Assembly (NCBI GenBank): GCA_032718475.1 | Contig: JAUCBJ010005351.1 | Location: 1 to 39,079, forward strand | Length of the DNA: 39,079 bases | Source of the DNA: Nemertoderma westbladi | Taxonomy: Eukaryota > Animalia > Xenacoelomorpha | Reading direction: 5' to 3' | Program-made: the position numbers and the translations under genes | Part shown: one piece after another, positions 35,109 through 39,079 of the stretch | Position numbering within the stretch: position 1 is the first letter of the stretch | Layout: the number at the start of each line of letters is the position of its first letter | The notes under the pieces: model-generated | What the model saw: the letters and a program-made list of their open reading frames with translations, nothing else | Database searches by the model: none | What the model was told of the DNA's origin: nothing

Positions 35109-35940
35109 ACGTTTTCTACAAATATTAATGAGTTTGCATGAAATTTGAAACAGAGATAGATTCACCTCCCTCCACCTCCGTGGGTGAGCCAGAATTTTTA
35201 TTTTCGCTTTCATTCTTTAGCTACAAGCGTTTGAAAAAGGTGTCTCCGCCGATATTGCACCAGTTACAGCGCAGTTATTCTTCAACCTTATAGCGATTTG
35301 TTGATATTGACGGACAACGGGCCATGCAAGGATTCCAAATATGTATCACAATCTGAATTTCGTCGTAGAATAGCTGAGATTATGAGCGTTCGAAAGTTAC
35401 ATGGTTTTGCAACTGCGCGAGGCTGTTTTATTATATTTAATAAATACACCATATTCTGGAACAGTTTGTTTATTTATGAATAGCTACGCAATAATATCAT
35501 TATAGAGTTATTGCATTGTTGCCCAGATACGTATGGGATAAACGAAATGTTCTAGAATATGGTGTATTTATTAAATAGAATAAAATAACTTCGCGCAGGT
35601 GCAAAACCATGCAACTGTTGAGCCCTCATATCGAAGCTAATCTACGACGAAATTCAGCGCTACATATTTGGAATCCTTACATGGACAGCAAATCGTTATA
35701 AGTTTGAAGAATAACTGCGGTGTAACTGGTGCAATATCGGCGGAGACACCTTATTCAAACGCTTGTAGCTAAAGAATGAAAGCGAAAATAAAAATTCTGG
35801 CTCACCCGGGAAGGAGGAGGGAGATGAAAATATCTCTGTTTCAAATTTCATGCAATCTAATTACGATTTGTAAAAAAAATTTGGTGGTGGGGGGGGGGGG
35901 GGGGTGCCTAAATAGCGACACTATATTCCATGACATGGTG
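35037..35940. mobile_element. foldback/MITE-like element, an almost fully palindromic 904 bp
   Basis: 35037-about 35470 is the diverged reverse complement of about 35540-35940 (mirror ORFs MKAKIKILAHP on both strands; C-run versus G-run). Ends CACTATGTCCTGGAATATAG / CTATATTCCATGACATGGTG followed by TA. Confidence 0.85.
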
Positions 35941-36489
35941 TACAATAGGTGGATAAAAAAAATTTAGAAACATTTTTCTAGATTTTTAATTTTTTTACCT
36001 AATTAACATAATTTATGCAATTATTTTTAAAATGCAAAGGATCTTTAGATGGATGGTCTTCATGTGCGAACGATTTCATCATATGTGCACAATGGGGTTA
36101 TCAAACGACTGTATTACCAGAATTTTGATAAATGTTCATTTTTTTGCCACATTTTGCGGCGCGGCCAATAAATTTGGTTAGTGTATTTTTTTTAACTGGT
36201 TTGTTTTGTATAAATAGCTTTGAACTAAAGTAACATTGAGTCTATCTGAGATCAAAATTAAGTGTTCTGTTGAGTGATAGTTTGTTATCAATAAAATAAA
36301 ACTGTAAACTATTTTATTGACTTTCGTTTATTGTTTTGGTTAGAATATCGTGCCACGGTAACTTGTTTCTTTCCCTCAATTTATAATTCAATATTGAGAC
36401 GAGATATTAAGTCGCCGAGATGGGAATTGTTTAAACCCCCGTCTGGTGAAAGATAATCTGCCTTACTTCCTTTACTCTATCCATTGCTA

Positions 36490-37170
36490 TCTTAAAACAA
36501 TTAAGTTGATCCCTGCCCCAAGGAAGGGCCTAACAACGAACATGGATTTTTTCGTAGAAACTCTGATCTCAATTGCTGCAAAGCTATACCACAGAAATCT
36601 ATTAAATCGAATCAGGGATCCTGTTGAGAGACTGTTACATGGGAACCAAAATGGGTTCCGTAAAGGTCGTGAAACCATGGGGCATATTTTAGCTCTTAAG
36701 AGCCATCAACAAAGAAAGACAAACAAATGGCCATTATATTTCTTGACTTCTTTAATTAAGGCCTTCGACTCAGTCTCCCGACCACGTATGTTCAGCATGC
36801 TGGCAGCATATGGGATTTCTGAGGAAATTATTGCAGCTATTAGATCACTGTACGATGGTTCCACCACTTTTATGTCTACTGCTGATGGTGACACAGATCC
36901 ATTCGAAGTATTATGGGAGTCCTTCAGGGTGTCAGCCTGAAGGTCTCCACATAATACTTCTAATGGATCTGTGTAAGACACACCTGCACCATTCTTATTC
37001 GTAATTGTGGTTGATTATGTTCTACGCATCTCCTTAGACCATCTTAATAAAGTGGGGTGATGCTAACACCCCCTACTGGCACAATAAGTAGATGAAATCC
37101 AGCGAAGTACCTTCCTTACTGATCTACTGTAGGCTTTGGTGATGACTTATGCAGCATGCCGATGTAGTAT
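36490..37170 (+). mobile_element. decayed RTE-like LINE reverse transcriptase fragment
   Basis: ISIAAKLYHRNLLNRI, NQNGFRKGR, KAFDSVSR and YGISEEIIAAIRSLY, then frameshifted; ends GCAGCATGCCGATGTAG, like the 3' end of the other RTE copies. Confidence 0.9.
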
Positions 37171-37532
37171 AATCTAATTTATTTATTGTTAACATTGTAC
37201 GTATTAGAACATTTTTTTTTATAAGTTTCGGATTAGGTTATAGATGTATGGTGGTACGAACAATCATGGTCCAGTTCCCAGTGATTAGCTGGACATGTAC
37301 GAGTACGAAGATGTTTTTTGTGTGGATCGGGGTGGAGGTGAGATTGTGGCTTACTTATCAACATCCAACATCCTCCTCCCTTTTATACGAATACATACTT
37401 TTAAGTTAAAAGTTTTAACTGACCTGACTGTGGAGCTCCTACAAACATGTAAGCCTACCGGTAGGCTTATACAGTTATAAATTACGAACGAAGACCTACT
37501 AGTGTCTGCCGGTGGACCGGTCATCAACTCAC

Positions 37533-38390
37533 ATGGAATACATATTCCATGAACAACAGGAAGGCGCATTGTGCGCGGTACATTGTCTCAATTCCCTGCT
37601 GCAGGGCCAGTACTTTACTCCAGTTGAACTCGCCAACATCGCCCAGCGATTGGACGAAGCGGAGATGAGCGTACTGAGTCAGCCAATGGAGGTGGAGGAG
37701 ATTGCAACTTCAACCAATCAGCGGGTTCGTTTCAACTCTGATTCGGAAACACCAAGGAGGGCGAGTAGATCGAAGAACTGCGATGATTCCGGATTCTTTA
37801 GCGTGCAGGTTATTAGTGAAGCGTTATCGTTTATGGATCTGGAGTTAATAAACTCCAGGAGTGGGAGAGTCGGCGGGGAGAATCCCACCAACGAACGCGG
37901 GTTCATCTGTAACTACCGCGTCCATTGGTTGGCTATTCGTAAGTTAGGCAACCAGTGGTTTAATTTAAACTCGTTGCTCTCCGGCCCGGAACTCGTTTCG
38001 GACACCTACCTATCGGTGCTGCTCGCTCAGTTGCGTAGCGACGGCTACAGTATATTCGTAGTCCGCGGTGTCTATCCGGGTTGCGTCGCGGACGATATGC
38101 TCTCGACGTCTCCCGCTGTGCAGACTGTCCGACCGCGGCTCCTTCATGGGGACGATGCATCCCCGGGGAGTGATCGGTTGACCGCGGATGCGCTGGCTGT
38201 AGCGCTGCAGGGCGCGGCTCCCAGGGACAGTGGGCGGCGCGCCGGCGGTGGCCAACCAACCACCGAAGGCCGATCGGCCACCGAAGGCCGACTCTCGGCC
38301 GATATAGACACCGACACGGATGACGACTTAGACCTCGCCCTCGCAATGAGTTTAGATGCGCATATTAATCCGCAATCCGAAAAAAAATGA
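37533..38390 (+). CDS. ATXN3: ataxin-3-like Josephin-domain deubiquitinase, 285 aa, single coding exon
   Basis: MEYIFHEQQEGALCAVHCLNSLLQG (catalytic Cys), NCDDSGFFSVQVI, FICNYRVHWLAIRKLGNQWFNLNSLL (catalytic His and Asn), and a C-terminal UIM DDDLDLALAMSL. The start is probably the ATG at 37533, not the GTG at 37512. Confidence 0.97.
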   Translation: MEYIFHEQQEGALCAVHCLNSLLQGQYFTPVELANIAQRLDEAEMSVLSQPMEVEEIATSTNQRVRFNSDSETPRRASRSKNCDDSGFFSVQVISEALSFMDLELINSRSGRVGGENPTNERGFICNYRVHWLAIRKLGNQWFNLNSLLSGPELVSDTYLSVLLAQLRSDGYSIFVVRGVYPGCVADDMLSTSPAVQTVRPRLLHGDDASPGSDRLTADALAVALQGAAPRDSGRRAGGGQPTTEGRSATEGRLSADIDTDTDDDLDLALAMSLDAHINPQSEKK

Positions 38391-39079
38391 ATTTGTTTAT
38401 TCGGGTGAATTAATCGGAACGGTATTCCGTAGATATAGGCCTATCTAGTATTTATATGGACACAAACTACTTTATCGACCTTTTTAAATATAGATTATCG
38501 ATAAAGGGTGTTTATCAAATGCAATTTGTAGAAATTCAAATTTTTACTAACATCTTTTATTTTAATATAAATATGAATTTAGTAACAGTTTGTTTATCAT
38601 TTTTGGTTATATTTGGGGCGAACAAATTGTATGAGATTCTCTTTTGACCTGGAGTAGCAAATAAAGTATACCGATGGAAAATCCCGACCCCATATAGGGA
38701 TTTTTCAAGATTTGCTTTTTGCTAAATCTTTATTATATGCCGTGTAGCTGCACTCTATAAACCACTTAAAAAAAATAATTAAGGAGAACGGAGTTGGGCT
38801 ATAATGTGTCAGTTCTAGAAGGTTCAGTTATATATTTCTACCGGTATACCGTGTCTGGGACTGGTAGTTTAACTAACTAACGTATGAATAGATATGAGTG
38901 TCGCAATTCGTATATCCTTAATCCAAATGTAAAAGTTTTCATTGGCTGGTTCGTTTTTTTTAAACAATTGAAATTGTTGATTGCCGACACACAGATTTAG
39001 GTTTTTTACATATATTTTTTAATACTTAATTACCGAACGTTGTTTTTTCTCTTATAAAGAGGACATGAGTCCACTAAAT

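Noticed and set aside
2748-38390. PSMD8-RAD50-ATXN3 as a functional ubiquitin/DNA-repair cluster
   Set aside because: Three housekeeping genes spread over 36 kb; the shared theme is loose and there is no evidence of co-regulation in the sequence.

Overview
Eukaryotic (animal-type, AT-rich, repeat-dense) genomic DNA; nothing prokaryotic and no CRISPR. Three recognisable host genes, all on +: the last two exons of the 26S proteasome lid subunit PSMD8/Rpn12 (2748-2863, 4014-4275), a complete single-exon RAD50 (30418-34416) and a complete single-exon ataxin-3/Josephin deubiquitinase without polyQ (37533-38390). A poorly explained minus-strand coding region (about 18.8-21.3 kb) holds an SGERRL-repeat ORF, a 227-aa orphan ORF and a PH-domain-like terminal exon. 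The rest is repeats: a 31-bp intronic satellite, a 7.3-kb 20-bp satellite whose unit carries a perfect 5' splice-site consensus, 71-bp and 30-bp minisatellites, non-autonomous DNA transposons (one with an 8-bp TSD, one with a 6-bp TSD, one foldback), a decayed Harbinger transposase, several RTE-like LINE fragments and a local tandem duplication. I cannot demonstrate a new biological system. The best leads are the splice-donor/U1-matching satellite, the two intronless conserved genes and the orphan minus-strand region.
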